Origin: Eubacteriales bacterium
GTDB taxonomy: Bacteria > Bacillota > Clostridia > Oscillospirales > CAG-272
Assembly (NCBI GenBank): GCA_045617585.1
Contig: JAZLIW010000015.1
Coordinates: 689 to 64,688, forward strand
Direction of reading: 5' to 3'
Length of the DNA stretch: 64,000 bases
Position numbers and translations under genes: made by a program. This document shows positions 44,480 to 53,670 of this stretch, in pieces (position 1 is the stretch's first letter; every line of letters starts with the position of its first letter). The notes beneath the pieces were generated by a model that was not told where the DNA came from, searched no databases, and saw only the letters and a list, made by a program, of their open reading frames with translations.

Positions 44480-45721
44480 TCAGGCCCCGTTTCTGATCGC
44501 TTCCGCGTTGCGCAGATGCTCGGCGTAGGTCGATGCAAAAACCGTTTTCCCCGAGTTGTCCACAAGGAAATAATAATAGGAAGTATCGTTCGGATAAAGC
44601 GCGTAGTTGATCGCGTAGGGCGTCGGGTTGGAGATCGGTCCGGGCGGGAGACCCGCGTACAGGTGCGTGTTGTAGGGGCTGTCGGTCTCGAGCTCCGTCC
44701 TGGTCAGGTTCTCCATACGCTCGGGGAGGAAATACTGGACCGTCGCGTCGGACTCCAGCTTTCCGAGCGTCATATTCGGATGGTTGAGACGGTTGTGGAA
44801 GACGGAGGAGATATTGCCGTACTCGGTCTCGTATTTTCCTTCCATCTGGATCATCGAGGCGAGGATCACGACGTCGTCGACCGTCCACCCCATTTCCGCC
44901 GCCTTGGCCTTGAACCGGGGATCGAACTTTTTATCAAAGTTGTTCAGCATTTTGTTGATGACGGTCGTTTCCGCGGAATCGGTATAGAAAATATAGGTGT
45001 CGGGATACAGATACCCCTCGAGGCGGTATTTTCTGCCGGGACGGATGCCCGTCATCTCCTCGATGAACCAATAATCGTAGTCGTAATTGTTGATCGCCTC
45101 GACGAAGCCCTGCTTCGTCCCGATGTGGTAATCCTCGGTAAGCAGACGGATGATATCGTCGACCGTATAGCCCTCGGGGATGGTCACCTTGACCTCGGCG
45201 CGCGGCACCGCTTTCTTTTTGAACGCGGCGAGCAGCTCGTCGTAGCCCATCGTCGTCGAGATCGTCTCGGTCGTCGCGATCAGGTTGCCGTCCTTTTTAC
45301 GGAACTTGGCGTAGAAGGAGAAGATCTTCGGGTACCGGATGACCTCCTGCTCCCCGAGCAGCTCGGCAAGCTGATCCACGTCCACCGAGTCCCCGTAGGT
45401 CGTGATCTCGACCTCGCGCTCCTCTTTCACAAAGGCAAAGACGTCATTTCCGACCGTGATGCCGAAGTAGGACAGCGCGCCCGAGATGACGAGCACGAAA
45501 ACAATATAGACGATCGCCTTCAGAAGGGAGGAAAACGCGGTGTTTTCTTCCTTTTTGGTTGCCTTCGGCGTTTTGACCGGCGCCGCCGCGGGACGTTTCC
45601 GTCTGACCGCTTTGGCGGGCTTCCCGGTGCTTTCCTCCGCGGGGACGGGGACCTCGGCCAAGGAGCGTCGGACCGGACTCCCGGCAGAACGCCTGACCGG
45701 TTTTTTATCATTCTGATTCAT
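44480..45721 (-). CDS. mltG: endolytic transglycosylase MltG (YceG-like)
   Basis: ORF 44480..45721(-). N-terminal basic tail plus a TM helix. Motifs EGYLYPDTY, ASMIQMEG, VFHNRL, LESDATVQY and YNTHLYAGLPPGPISNP. Confidence 0.9.
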   Translation of the reverse strand: MNQNDKKPVRRSAGSPVRRSLAEVPVPAEESTGKPAKAVRRKRPAAAPVKTPKATKKEENTAFSSLLKAIVYIVFVLVISGALSYFGITVGNDVFAFVKEEREVEITTYGDSVDVDQLAELLGEQEVIRYPKIFSFYAKFRKKDGNLIATTETISTTMGYDELLAAFKKKAVPRAEVKVTIPEGYTVDDIIRLLTEDYHIGTKQGFVEAINNYDYDYWFIEEMTGIRPGRKYRLEGYLYPDTYIFYTDSAETTVINKMLNNFDKKFDPRFKAKAAEMGWTVDDVVILASMIQMEGKYETEYGNISSVFHNRLNHPNMTLGKLESDATVQYFLPERMENLTRTELETDSPYNTHLYAGLPPGPISNPTPYAINYALYPNDTSYYYFLVDNSGKTVFASTYAEHLRNAEAIRNGA

Positions 45722-45760
45722 AGTGTTTTCCTTATTTTCGGCAGCCGCCCGTGCCCCGCG

Positions 45761-46711
45761 TCAGCGAAACATGAAAACGACCACAAGATAGGTAACGATG
45801 CAAAGCAGGAAGAAGGGGGAGAACAGCGCCTCCGCCGCGTGACGGGCACGGTCCGCGGGCTTCGGGAACGCCTCTTTTCTCTTTTCGACGTAGGCGGGCG
45901 TCGCCGTATCGAGCACACCACTGACCGCGTTGATCCGTTCCCCCTCGGAAAGAAACCCGACGAGGAAGAGGAGCGCCAGCACGCCGACCAAAAAGAGCAG
46001 CAGGATCAGGTTATCCGCCTTGCTCATGACCGTAACGACGTAGCCCTCGCCGAACAGCGAGTACAGATTGAACAGAAAATGCGCGATCATCGCGGGGAAC
46101 ACCGAGCGGGAGATATAGGTGAGACCGGAGAAGATCAGCCCGCCGATCAGATAGATCGGGAAGCCCGACCCGCTGAAATGCATCATGGCAAACAGGACGG
46201 AGGAAATCGCCGTCGTCACCGCCCAGCCATATCCGGCGTTCGTATATTCCGTGAACAGAAGCCCGCGGAACAGAAATTCCTCGGTCACGGCGGGGATCAG
46301 CGCAAAAGCGATCGTCACGTAGACCGCGTCCCCGGCGTCCGTCACGGCCGCGGGGGAAAAGAAGCCATAGAGCGTGAAGATGCCCGCCGCCGTCCCTTCC
46401 GCCGCGAAAAGACGGAGGAGCCGGATCAGCCACGACGCCGAGATCAGGAGCAGCGCCGCGAGAAGAATGATCCCGACCGTGGACGGCGGGAAAAACCGCA
46501 GGTTCAGTTTTTCCGCATAGCCGATCTCACGCGTGCGGCAGAAGAGGACCGCCGGGACCGCGAAGATCAGCAGCTGCACCACGATCATGGAGAGATAATA
46601 GTTGCCGTTCAGTGCCGGGGAGGTCGGGTCGATCAGGCGGGAAGCAAGGAGCAGTCCGTAGACCGCGAGCACGAACAGCGGAAAGATCAGATGCGTCTTA
46701 TCTTTTTTCAC
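45761..46711 (-). CDS. CPBP family intramembrane glutamic endopeptidase (CAAX protease/Abi family)
   Basis: ORF 45761..46711(-). Motifs EEFLFRGLLF, FAMMHF and HFLFN. Multi-pass membrane protein. Confidence 0.85.
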   Translation of the reverse strand: MKKDKTHLIFPLFVLAVYGLLLASRLIDPTSPALNGNYYLSMIVVQLLIFAVPAVLFCRTREIGYAEKLNLRFFPPSTVGIILLAALLLISASWLIRLLRLFAAEGTAAGIFTLYGFFSPAAVTDAGDAVYVTIAFALIPAVTEEFLFRGLLFTEYTNAGYGWAVTTAISSVLFAMMHFSGSGFPIYLIGGLIFSGLTYISRSVFPAMIAHFLFNLYSLFGEGYVVTVMSKADNLILLLFLVGVLALLFLVGFLSEGERINAVSGVLDTATPAYVEKRKEAFPKPADRARHAAEALFSPFFLLCIVTYLVVVFMFR

Positions 46712-47279
46712 GCGGGATCCGTACCTCCTTCTCGGTCACGATCACGTCGACCGGAAGATCGTATCTGCCGCGCGGCAGCCGCGGAACGACCAGCTCGGAA
46801 AGCGCGGCGCCGACCGTCGTCCCATGATAGGAGGAGAGGAACCGGTCGAAATAGCCGCCGCCGTAGCCGATTCGCATCCCGGCACGGTCAAAGACCAGCC
46901 CGGGCACGACGCAGAGCGAGGGTTTTCCGTCGCTCTCCCACGCGGGCGCGTCCGCCGCGGGCTCCCGGATCCCGTACAGACCCGTTTCCGGCACCTCGCC
47001 GTTTTTCACCAGATAAAACCGCAGTTCCCCGTCTTTGCCGGAGCGGGGATAAGCCACCGCTTTTCCGTCCTCCTCCGCCTTCCGCGCAAGGAGAGAAAGA
47101 TCCAGTTCTCCGGGCATCGCCGCGTAGAGCAGGACCGAGGTCGCGTAGCGGTAGCAGGCGAGCGTCAGGATCCGGCGGCAGATCGCCTCGGAAGCCGCGG
47201 CGATCCGTGCGGGATCGGCGTTTTTCCGCTCGTTCCTGTATTTTTCCCGCAGCGCGAGTTTTTCTTCATGGATCGTCAT
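46698..47279 (-). CDS. 5-formyltetrahydrofolate cyclo-ligase
   Basis: ORF 46698..47279(-). Motifs KLALREKY, VLLYAAMPGELD, VPGLVFD and GYGGGYFDRFL. 14-nt overlap with the CPBP gene. Confidence 0.85.
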   Translation of the reverse strand: MTIHEEKLALREKYRNERKNADPARIAAASEAICRRILTLACYRYATSVLLYAAMPGELDLSLLARKAEEDGKAVAYPRSGKDGELRFYLVKNGEVPETGLYGIREPAADAPAWESDGKPSLCVVPGLVFDRAGMRIGYGGGYFDRFLSSYHGTTVGAALSELVVPRLPRGRYDLPVDVIVTEKEVRIPREKR

Positions 47280-47301
47280 AGTTTCTCCGTTCCGTTTCCG
47301 G

Positions 47302-47841
47302 TCACGACATCATCTGCTGGAAGACGCGGTCCGCGGTCTCCTTCCCGCAGAGCGCCTCGATCAGCGCCCGTGCGAAGAGCTGCGCCACGCCGGCGCCGCG
47401 CGCCGTGATCACGTTCCCGTCGCGCACCACGCGCTCGCCGGTATAGACCGCGCCGGTCAGTTCCTTTTCAAAGCCGGGGAAGCAGGTCGCCTTTTTCCCG
47501 TTCAGCAGCCCGAGTCTGCCGAGGACGAAGGGCGCGGCGCAGATCGCGCCGACCACGGATCCCATCGCCGCCGACTCGGAGACCACGGAGCGGACCAGCG
47601 CGGAATCGAAGAGGTTCTGTGCCCCGGGCATTCCGCCGGGCAGGATCACGCAGTCGGGAAGACCCTTTTTGATCTGATCCGCCGTCAGATCCGCCTGCAC
47701 CGCGACGCCGTGCGCGCCGCGCACCGTGCGGTCCGCGGTGATCGAAACCGTTTTTATCTCAACGCCCGCCCGAAGCAGGCAATCGTAAGGCACCAGTGCC
47801 TCCATTTCCTCAAAACCGTCGGCAAGAAACAGATAAGTCAT
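47302..47841 (-). CDS. DJ-1/PfpI family protein
   Basis: Part of ORF 47302..47901(-). ATG at 47841 follows SD AAGGAAGG. Motifs LADGFEEMEAL, ILPGGMPG and GAICAAPFVL (nucleophile Cys elbow). Confidence 0.85.
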   Translation of the reverse strand: MTYLFLADGFEEMEALVPYDCLLRAGVEIKTVSITADRTVRGAHGVAVQADLTADQIKKGLPDCVILPGGMPGAQNLFDSALVRSVVSESAAMGSVVGAICAAPFVLGRLGLLNGKKATCFPGFEKELTGAVYTGERVVRDGNVITARGAGVAQLFARALIEALCGKETADRVFQQMMS

Positions 47842-47952
47842 CGTAAGGTCCTTCCTTTCATATGTTCGGTCATTATCGTTCGTTTTTCCGTATTGTACCA
47901 CGCACCGCGCGCGGATAACAGAGAAAATCGTAAATTATTTGAAAAATCGGTT

Positions 47953-48615
47953 TCAAAGCGCGATCAGCCGCCGCATGATCTCCCCGTGAACTGCCTCCCG
48001 GCTCAGCATCACGCCGTCCGGCGCGCAGCGGATCCGCGTCCAGCCGAGGCGGGACGCCGCGTAGAGCGCCGCGTCGTAGCAGCGGAACATATAGCTGCGG
48101 TCCGTCTCGTGGATATCCACGGTCCTGCCGCTTTCCTCGTGCCGTTTTTCCACAAGGGCAAGGGAGATCTCCGGAGGGACCTCGAGATACAGGATCTGAT
48201 CGGGCGTCGGGATCCCGAGCTTCCGGAATTCAAAATCCCACAGCCAATCGAGAAAGCCGTCCCATTCGCCCCGCGGGAGCTTGGAGAGCTGATGCACCGC
48301 GTTCGCGGAGGTATAGCGGTCGGCAAGGATGACCGCGTCCGGATCCCGGTAGTCGTCCGCCCACTCGGTCCGGTAGGAAAGATACCGGTCGACTGCGAAC
48401 AGGACCGAGCCGGGGATCGCCCCGGTGTCCTCCGGCCTGCCGCCGAGCCCGCCCGAAAGATACAGCTCCGCCGGTCCGGCGCCGACCGTGCCGTAGCGCG
48501 GATAGCTGAGCCGCACCACGCGCTTCCCAGCCTTTTCCAGTTCCGCGGCGAGCAGTTCGGTCTGCGTATTTTTCCCGGACCCGTCCAGCCCGTCCACGAC
48601 GATGAATTTTCCCAT
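47953..48615 (-). CDS. tmk: thymidylate (dTMP) kinase
   Basis: Part of ORF 47953..48660(-). ATG at 48615 follows GGAAGG. P-loop FIVVDGLDGSGKNTQ. DRY(L/T)S motifs. Confidence 0.8.
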   Translation of the reverse strand: MGKFIVVDGLDGSGKNTQTELLAAELEKAGKRVVRLSYPRYGTVGAGPAELYLSGGLGGRPEDTGAIPGSVLFAVDRYLSYRTEWADDYRDPDAVILADRYTSANAVHQLSKLPRGEWDGFLDWLWDFEFRKLGIPTPDQILYLEVPPEISLALVEKRHEESGRTVDIHETDRSYMFRCYDAALYAASRLGWTRIRCAPDGVMLSREAVHGEIMRRLIAL

Positions 48616-48674
48616 ACGGTCCTGCCTTCCCGCCGAAGGCATCCATAGGGTCTCCGGCATATCTTACCGATTCT

Positions 48675-48702
48675 ATTATAGCACGTTTTTCCGGATTGTC
48701 AA
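48675..48702 (-). promoter_or_regulatory. sigma-A type promoter for tmk (TTGACA-16-TGCTATAAT)
   Basis: The minus strand reads TTGACA (48702..48697), a 16-nt spacer, then TATAAT (48680..48675). Confidence 0.75.
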
Positions 48703-48733
48703 GAAAATCCGTTCCGCGGCAGGCAAGGGAACG

Positions 48734-48765
48734 AAAAAGGGCTGCTGCCTGAAGCAACAGCCCCC
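48734..48765 (-). terminator. rho-independent terminator after the solute-binding protein gene
   Basis: The minus strand reads GGGCTGTTGC-TTCAG-GCAGCAGCCC followed by TTTTT. Confidence 0.8.
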
Positions 48766-48779
48766 TCGCTGATCCGGTC

Positions 48780-50267
48780 TCAGCCGAGTGCGTCAAACAT
48801 ATCGAGCGTCTTGAGCAGCGCGTTTTCGATCTTATCGGAATAAGAGGAGAAGGTCGAGGAGAAAACGCCGACACCCTTATCGTAGACCGTGCTCGCCGCG
48901 CCCATGGAAGCGTCGAACCAGTAGGTCTGTCCGAGCTCCAGACGGCGGTACTTGATCGCCATATCGAGCATATAGGCGGAATCCTCGTCTCGGCTCTGCT
49001 TATACGCGAGAACGACGTCGAGATAGTTCGGGATCGCCTGCTTGTAGTAATAGTAGTTCGTGGTCTCCATGACCGCGGAGGTGAAATCGGCGTCCTTCGT
49101 GGTCGAGGGCGCGAAGTGCGCGACGATACCGGTGATATAGGAATAGTAAGGCGTGCCCGGTTCGACCGCCTCGGTCTTCGGGAACGGGATGATGCCGTAG
49201 TCCGCCTTGTCACGGAGCAGGTAGAGGTAGAACGGAACGGTACCGGTGAAGAGCGCCTTGTTCTCTGCGAACATACTCACGCAGTTCTCGTAGACGTGGC
49301 CCGCGGTGAAGGAGGTGCTTTTCTTGATATCGAAGGAGCAGGCCGGATCGTGGAAGTTTTCAAGTAAGAATTCCCAGATGTTGTACAGGTCCTCGTTCTC
49401 GGTCGCGGCAAGGTAGGGGATATCGTCCTCGTCCTTGTCGATGATGTACACGCCGTTGACGGCGTGGAAGGGATTGTTCCAGTAGGTATCGACCCACACG
49501 GCGCCCCAGCGGTCCTGGTCGTTCATATTGCCGTCGCCGTCGAGATCGTCCGCCGACGCGGTCATCATTCCGTACATGGTCTCGAAATCCCACGTTCCGT
49601 CGTAGACCTGCTGGTACAGGTTGCCGAGATTCAGGTCGTCCGCAATGGTCTTGTTGTACAGCATGATCGCCATACTGCCGAACAGAGAGATATCGGAATA
49701 GCCGGCGGCAAGATAAAACTTGTGGTCAACGGAAAGAAAATCGTTCAGCGTGGAATACCACCACGGCTGGCTCAGATCGACGTAGTGATCGGCGAGATCG
49801 TCCATCGAATAGACCATACCGTCCTCCGCGAGGGCGAGGGCAAAACGGTCGATCCAGATTGCCTCGTCAAACGCGTCGTCATCGGCGGTAACGTGTGCGC
49901 GGTATGTGGAAGTATCGACCAGTCCGCCCGAGGTATCGGTCTCGAATTTGATATTGAGATAATTTTCGGTCCGGGCGTTGGCACGGTAGACGCCGTCGTT
50001 CAGGTCGTCGGCGGTCTCTTCCTCCACGTCAAAGTGGGTCCAGTACATTTTCGTGGTCTCGTTTTCACCGGGGCAGGTCAGGATCGTGAAGGTCCTGCCG
50101 TCATAATCCAGTTCGTCCGGAACACCGAGTGACGCTTCGGTCTCCTGAACTGCTTCGGAGCCGGGCCCCTCTGTCTGTTTTCCCGGTCCGTCCGGTTCCG
50201 CGCAGGCAGCCAATACACTCAGTGCTGTCAGAACCATAAGAAGAAGCGCGGTAAATCGTTTTTTCAT
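48780..50267 (-). CDS. extracellular solute-binding lipoprotein (ABC sugar-transporter type), with no adjacent permease or ATPase
   Basis: ORF 48780..50267(-), 495 aa. Lipobox LSVLAAC. Acidic, aromatic-rich mature region typical of large Clostridial sugar SBPs. SD GAAGGAGAG. Confidence 0.8.
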   Translation of the reverse strand: MKKRFTALLLMVLTALSVLAACAEPDGPGKQTEGPGSEAVQETEASLGVPDELDYDGRTFTILTCPGENETTKMYWTHFDVEEETADDLNDGVYRANARTENYLNIKFETDTSGGLVDTSTYRAHVTADDDAFDEAIWIDRFALALAEDGMVYSMDDLADHYVDLSQPWWYSTLNDFLSVDHKFYLAAGYSDISLFGSMAIMLYNKTIADDLNLGNLYQQVYDGTWDFETMYGMMTASADDLDGDGNMNDQDRWGAVWVDTYWNNPFHAVNGVYIIDKDEDDIPYLAATENEDLYNIWEFLLENFHDPACSFDIKKSTSFTAGHVYENCVSMFAENKALFTGTVPFYLYLLRDKADYGIIPFPKTEAVEPGTPYYSYITGIVAHFAPSTTKDADFTSAVMETTNYYYYKQAIPNYLDVVLAYKQSRDEDSAYMLDMAIKYRRLELGQTYWFDASMGAASTVYDKGVGVFSSTFSSYSDKIENALLKTLDMFDALG

Positions 50268-50324
50268 AGTGATCTCTCCTTCATTTGCTGTTTCGGGAGG
50301 AGCGGCTGTCCCCCTCTCAACAGC

Positions 50325-50353
50325 AGTATATCATAACCGCTCTGTAAAGTCAA
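50325..50353 (-). promoter_or_regulatory. sigma-A type promoter for the SBP gene (TTGACT-17-TATACT)
   Basis: The minus strand reads TTGACT (50353..50348), a 17-nt spacer, then TGATATACT (-10 at 50330..50325). Confidence 0.65.
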
Positions 50354-50450
50354 TAGGAGGCATCCCGCATTTTCCGGCGCTTACGGCGGGATTTGTTCCT
50401 GCTTTTTTTCAGATTCTTCCGATCGGGGGACATAATTCACTCTCTTCCCC

Positions 50451-50479
50451 TTGAAAATTCCCGCGAATAGTTATATAAT
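50451..50479 (+). promoter_or_regulatory. sigma-A type promoter (TTGAAA-17-TATAAT) for the G3PDH-like/lipoprotein operon
   Basis: TTGAAA at 50451-50456, a 17-nt spacer, then TATAAT at 50474-50479. Confidence 0.7.
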
Positions 50480-50524
50480 AATAAAAAAATCAGATTATCT
50501 TTTATAAAGGAGGGATCACCCCGC

Positions 50525-51568
50525 ATGGCAATCGTAACGATCATCGGTTCCGGAATGATGGGCTCCGCCCTCGTCTTTCCGGCGCGCGAGAACGGGAACG
50601 AGGTGCGTCTCGTCGGGACGCCGCTCGACCGGGAGATCATCGAAACCTGCAAAAAGACCGGAAGGCACCCGAAATTCGACCGGGATTTCCCCGCCGGGGT
50701 CACGTATCATCCGTTTGAAGAGGCAGAAGAGGCGATCCGCGGCGCGGACCTGATCATCGGCGGCGTCAGCTCGTTCGGCGTCGAGTGGTTCGCCGACACG
50801 GTCCTCCCGCTGCTCCCCGACGGGATGCCCGTCCTCACCGTGACCAAAGGTCTCTTCGACGAGGCGGACGGAACGCTCACCACTTATCCCGCCTATTTTG
50901 AGAAAAAACTTGCCGCGATGGGCAAGACCCTCTCCATGAACGCGGTCGGCGGTCCCTGCACCAGCTACGAGCTGGTTGCGCACGATCAGACCGAGGTCTT
51001 CTTCTGCGGGCGGGACCTGCAGACGCTCGCGTCGATCCGTGCGATCATGGAGACCGATTATTATCACGTCGGCATCACGACCGATGTCATCGGGATCGAA
51101 TCGGCGGTCGCGCTGAAAAACGGCTACGCCCTCGGCATCGCGCTCACGATCGGGCTGAATCACAGACACTTCGGCGACGAAACCCTGCACTATAATTCGC
51201 AGGCGGCGGTCTTCGGCCAGAGCGTGCGGGAAATGGCAAAGCTCCTCGCCTATCAGGGTGCCGCGGATCTCAACAACCTCGCGGTCGGGCTCGGTGATCT
51301 CTACGTCACGGTCTACGGCGGCAGGACCCGCCTGATCGGCATCCTGCTCGGCGAAGGGCTCCCGATCGGGGAGGCGAAGGCAAAGCTGAACGGCGTGACG
51401 CTGGAATCCCTGGTCGTCGCCGGACGCGTCGCCCGCGCGGTCCGAATCGCCGCCGCGAACGGAAAGCTGAACGCCGCCGACTTCCCGCTGCTCTTCCACA
51501 TCGACGATATCCTGACGGATCACAAGAACGCAGAGCTCCCGTGGGATCTTTTCCGCGGTGAGCAATAA
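50525..51568 (+). CDS. NAD(P)-dependent glycerol-3-phosphate dehydrogenase family protein (archaeal AF0871-like subtype)
   Basis: ORF 50525..51568(+). Rossmann N-terminus VTIIGSGMMGSALVFPARENGNEVRLVGTP. Motifs VTKGL, NAVGGPC and AVALKNGYALG. Confidence 0.8.
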   Translation: MAIVTIIGSGMMGSALVFPARENGNEVRLVGTPLDREIIETCKKTGRHPKFDRDFPAGVTYHPFEEAEEAIRGADLIIGGVSSFGVEWFADTVLPLLPDGMPVLTVTKGLFDEADGTLTTYPAYFEKKLAAMGKTLSMNAVGGPCTSYELVAHDQTEVFFCGRDLQTLASIRAIMETDYYHVGITTDVIGIESAVALKNGYALGIALTIGLNHRHFGDETLHYNSQAAVFGQSVREMAKLLAYQGAADLNNLAVGLGDLYVTVYGGRTRLIGILLGEGLPIGEAKAKLNGVTLESLVVAGRVARAVRIAAANGKLNAADFPLLFHIDDILTDHKNAELPWDLFRGEQ

Positions 51569-51595
51569 AAAAATTATTTGAAGGAAGATGATTTT

Positions 51596-53656
51596 ATGAA
51601 AAAGACAAGCTCGCTCCGTCTCACCGCCGTGCTTCTGTCCCTCCTTCTCCTGCTTCCCGCCTGCGCGAAAGAGAAACCGGAAGTCCCCGACGCAGATACC
51701 GAAACCGCCCCCACGGAAACAGAGGAGGAAAACAAAGTGAACTACGTCACGCTCACCGAAAAAGGGCAGTCCCTTTACGACACCACTTATCAGACGATGC
51801 TCGACCGCACGCACGATAACGGCTACGCGCAGACCTCGCTGACCGGAGCCTATACCGGGATGTTCGTCCGCGACGCCTCGATCCAGGTCATGGCGCACAT
51901 TGCGAACGGCGACTATGATTACGCCGCTTCCCTGCTCTCCTATATCATCGGCTTCCACCGCGGAACGAATAAGAACTTCGCGGTGCATATCATGGACGAG
52001 CCGAAGAAAACGGAGCTGTATTCCACCCTCTCCGTCATCGAAGAACCCGACGAATCGACCTATTTTCAGGAAAGCAGCGCGATCGCGCTTTACAAGATCA
52101 ATCTGCCCACAAACGCAGCCGCGCAGTTCTTCTCCGTTCCGTTCTCCTCTTTCGATCAGGTCAGCTTCTATCTGTCGAACGGCGCTTCCGATGGAACGCT
52201 TCTCGTAAAGATCGGCACGCAGCCCGACGACGCTTCGGTCGCCTCGACCGAGGTCAGCCTGAACGGGCTGAAGAGCGGCTTCGTGACCGTTCCCTTTGAG
52301 ACCCCCGTCAACGTCGAACCGGGCGAGACCTACGTCATGACGATCGCCGCGCAGGACGCCGACGGCAATGTCGTCCTCAACGGCATCACGAACGGCGGCA
52401 AGGTGATCTCCTATAACTACGACAAGCCCGCCTACGGCGGCTGGAGCAAAACCGGCAACACCCTCGCTTTCCGCATCGGAAAAGCGCCCTCCAAGGATAC
52501 CCTCTCCCCCGACGGCATGGCGAAGACCGACGCGGGTGAAATCGTATTCCCGACCGATAAAAACAGTACCTTCCTCACTTCTGCCGATCTCGTTCTTGCG
52601 GGAGGAACGGCGAAGATCACGTTGAAATACGGCGACAGGACCGTCGGCACGGTCGAAAAAGAGCTGACCGACAAGCCCGAAACCGTCACGGTCGATTTCC
52701 CGCTCCCCTCCTTCGTGAAGAACGAAAAGGGGCCGTGGTCGATTGAAGTCGACGGTGCAGATCTGTACGGCACGGACGGCACCCCCGCGGCGCTCGTTAC
52801 TTTCTCGAAGCTCACCGCGATCTCCGAAAAGGTCCAGGTGGATGGCAACTATATGCTCGTCAACGCCTACGCGATGTTCGCCCTCCTCGATCTGCCCGAA
52901 TACCGTGAAATGATAGAAGACAGTTATGATCTTTTCTCGGATTTCGCCTGGTATTTCCTTGAGGACGAAAACTATCACCACGAAAACGGTCTGCTCCGCA
53001 ACCCGAACTACGAACATTCCCGCGACGGCAGATACTGGGATTGCTACGATCCCATCACCAACTGCTTTGCCTCCGAGGCACTGCACAAAATGAGTGCGGT
53101 CGCCGACCTCCTCGGCCGTGCTTCCGACAAGCTCGCCTTTGCCGACGAAGCCGACGCGATCGCCGACGCCGTACACGAAAACCTCGTTTCCGAATTCAAC
53201 GGGAAGACGATCTACACCGAGATGATCGCGCTCGACGAAAACGGCAAGGAATATAAGGGCTTCTCCTTCGTCAACCTCGCGCCGATCGCCTGCGACTGGT
53301 ACGCGATGGACGAGGAGATCATGGCAAACACCTATGCGGCGTATCTGACCGCGTGTGAAAAATACGACGGGCACGATATGCTCCCCGTCACCGTCGTTCT
53401 CAACGGGAACGACGAGATCACGGGAAAAGGCAATCACGTCATCGGCAAGGGTCTTGCGTGGGAGATCCACTATCTGTGGAAGACCGGCAACACCGAGCGT
53501 CTGAACGAAATGCTCGCCTTTATCGACGGCCGCTCCCGTGACACCTACCCAGAGGTATGGATCAACACCGGCAAAATGAACGACTCCGCGAATCAGGAGC
53601 AGGCAAGCTGGATGCTTTACGAGATCGCCAGGATCACCGGGAAATACGAAAAGTGA
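51596..53656 (+). CDS. lipoprotein with (alpha/alpha)6-barrel-like segments split by a ~280-aa beta-rich insertion; putative glycosidase
   Basis: Part of ORF 51578..53656. ATG at 51596 follows AAGGAAG. Lipobox LLLLPAC. N-terminal YAQTSLTGAYTGMFVRDASIQVMAHI and C-terminal NGLLRNPNYEH...WDCYDPITNCF...ANQEQASWMLYEI resemble six-hairpin glycosidases. Confidence 0.6.
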   Translation: MKKTSSLRLTAVLLSLLLLLPACAKEKPEVPDADTETAPTETEEENKVNYVTLTEKGQSLYDTTYQTMLDRTHDNGYAQTSLTGAYTGMFVRDASIQVMAHIANGDYDYAASLLSYIIGFHRGTNKNFAVHIMDEPKKTELYSTLSVIEEPDESTYFQESSAIALYKINLPTNAAAQFFSVPFSSFDQVSFYLSNGASDGTLLVKIGTQPDDASVASTEVSLNGLKSGFVTVPFETPVNVEPGETYVMTIAAQDADGNVVLNGITNGGKVISYNYDKPAYGGWSKTGNTLAFRIGKAPSKDTLSPDGMAKTDAGEIVFPTDKNSTFLTSADLVLAGGTAKITLKYGDRTVGTVEKELTDKPETVTVDFPLPSFVKNEKGPWSIEVDGADLYGTDGTPAALVTFSKLTAISEKVQVDGNYMLVNAYAMFALLDLPEYREMIEDSYDLFSDFAWYFLEDENYHHENGLLRNPNYEHSRDGRYWDCYDPITNCFASEALHKMSAVADLLGRASDKLAFADEADAIADAVHENLVSEFNGKTIYTEMIALDENGKEYKGFSFVNLAPIACDWYAMDEEIMANTYAAYLTACEKYDGHDMLPVTVVLNGNDEITGKGNHVIGKGLAWEIHYLWKTGNTERLNEMLAFIDGRSRDTYPEVWINTGKMNDSANQEQASWMLYEIARITGKYEK

Positions 53657-53670
53657 AAGGATAGACCGAA

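Noticed and set aside
48230-49213. A 327-aa P/R/S/T-rich minus-strand ORF overlapping tmk and the SBP gene.
   Set aside because: It is out of frame with both recognised genes and crosses the tmk promoter and the SBP terminator. It has extreme low-complexity composition.
50516-53470. A 984-aa ORF on the minus strand spanning the G3PDH-like gene, the intergenic gap and most of the lipoprotein gene.
   Set aside because: It is antisense to two plus-strand genes that have recognisable family motifs, SD sequences and a lipobox. It has Arg/Gly/Asp/Val-rich composition, no SD and no recognisable domain. Long stop-free antisense frames are expected with strong GC3 codon bias.
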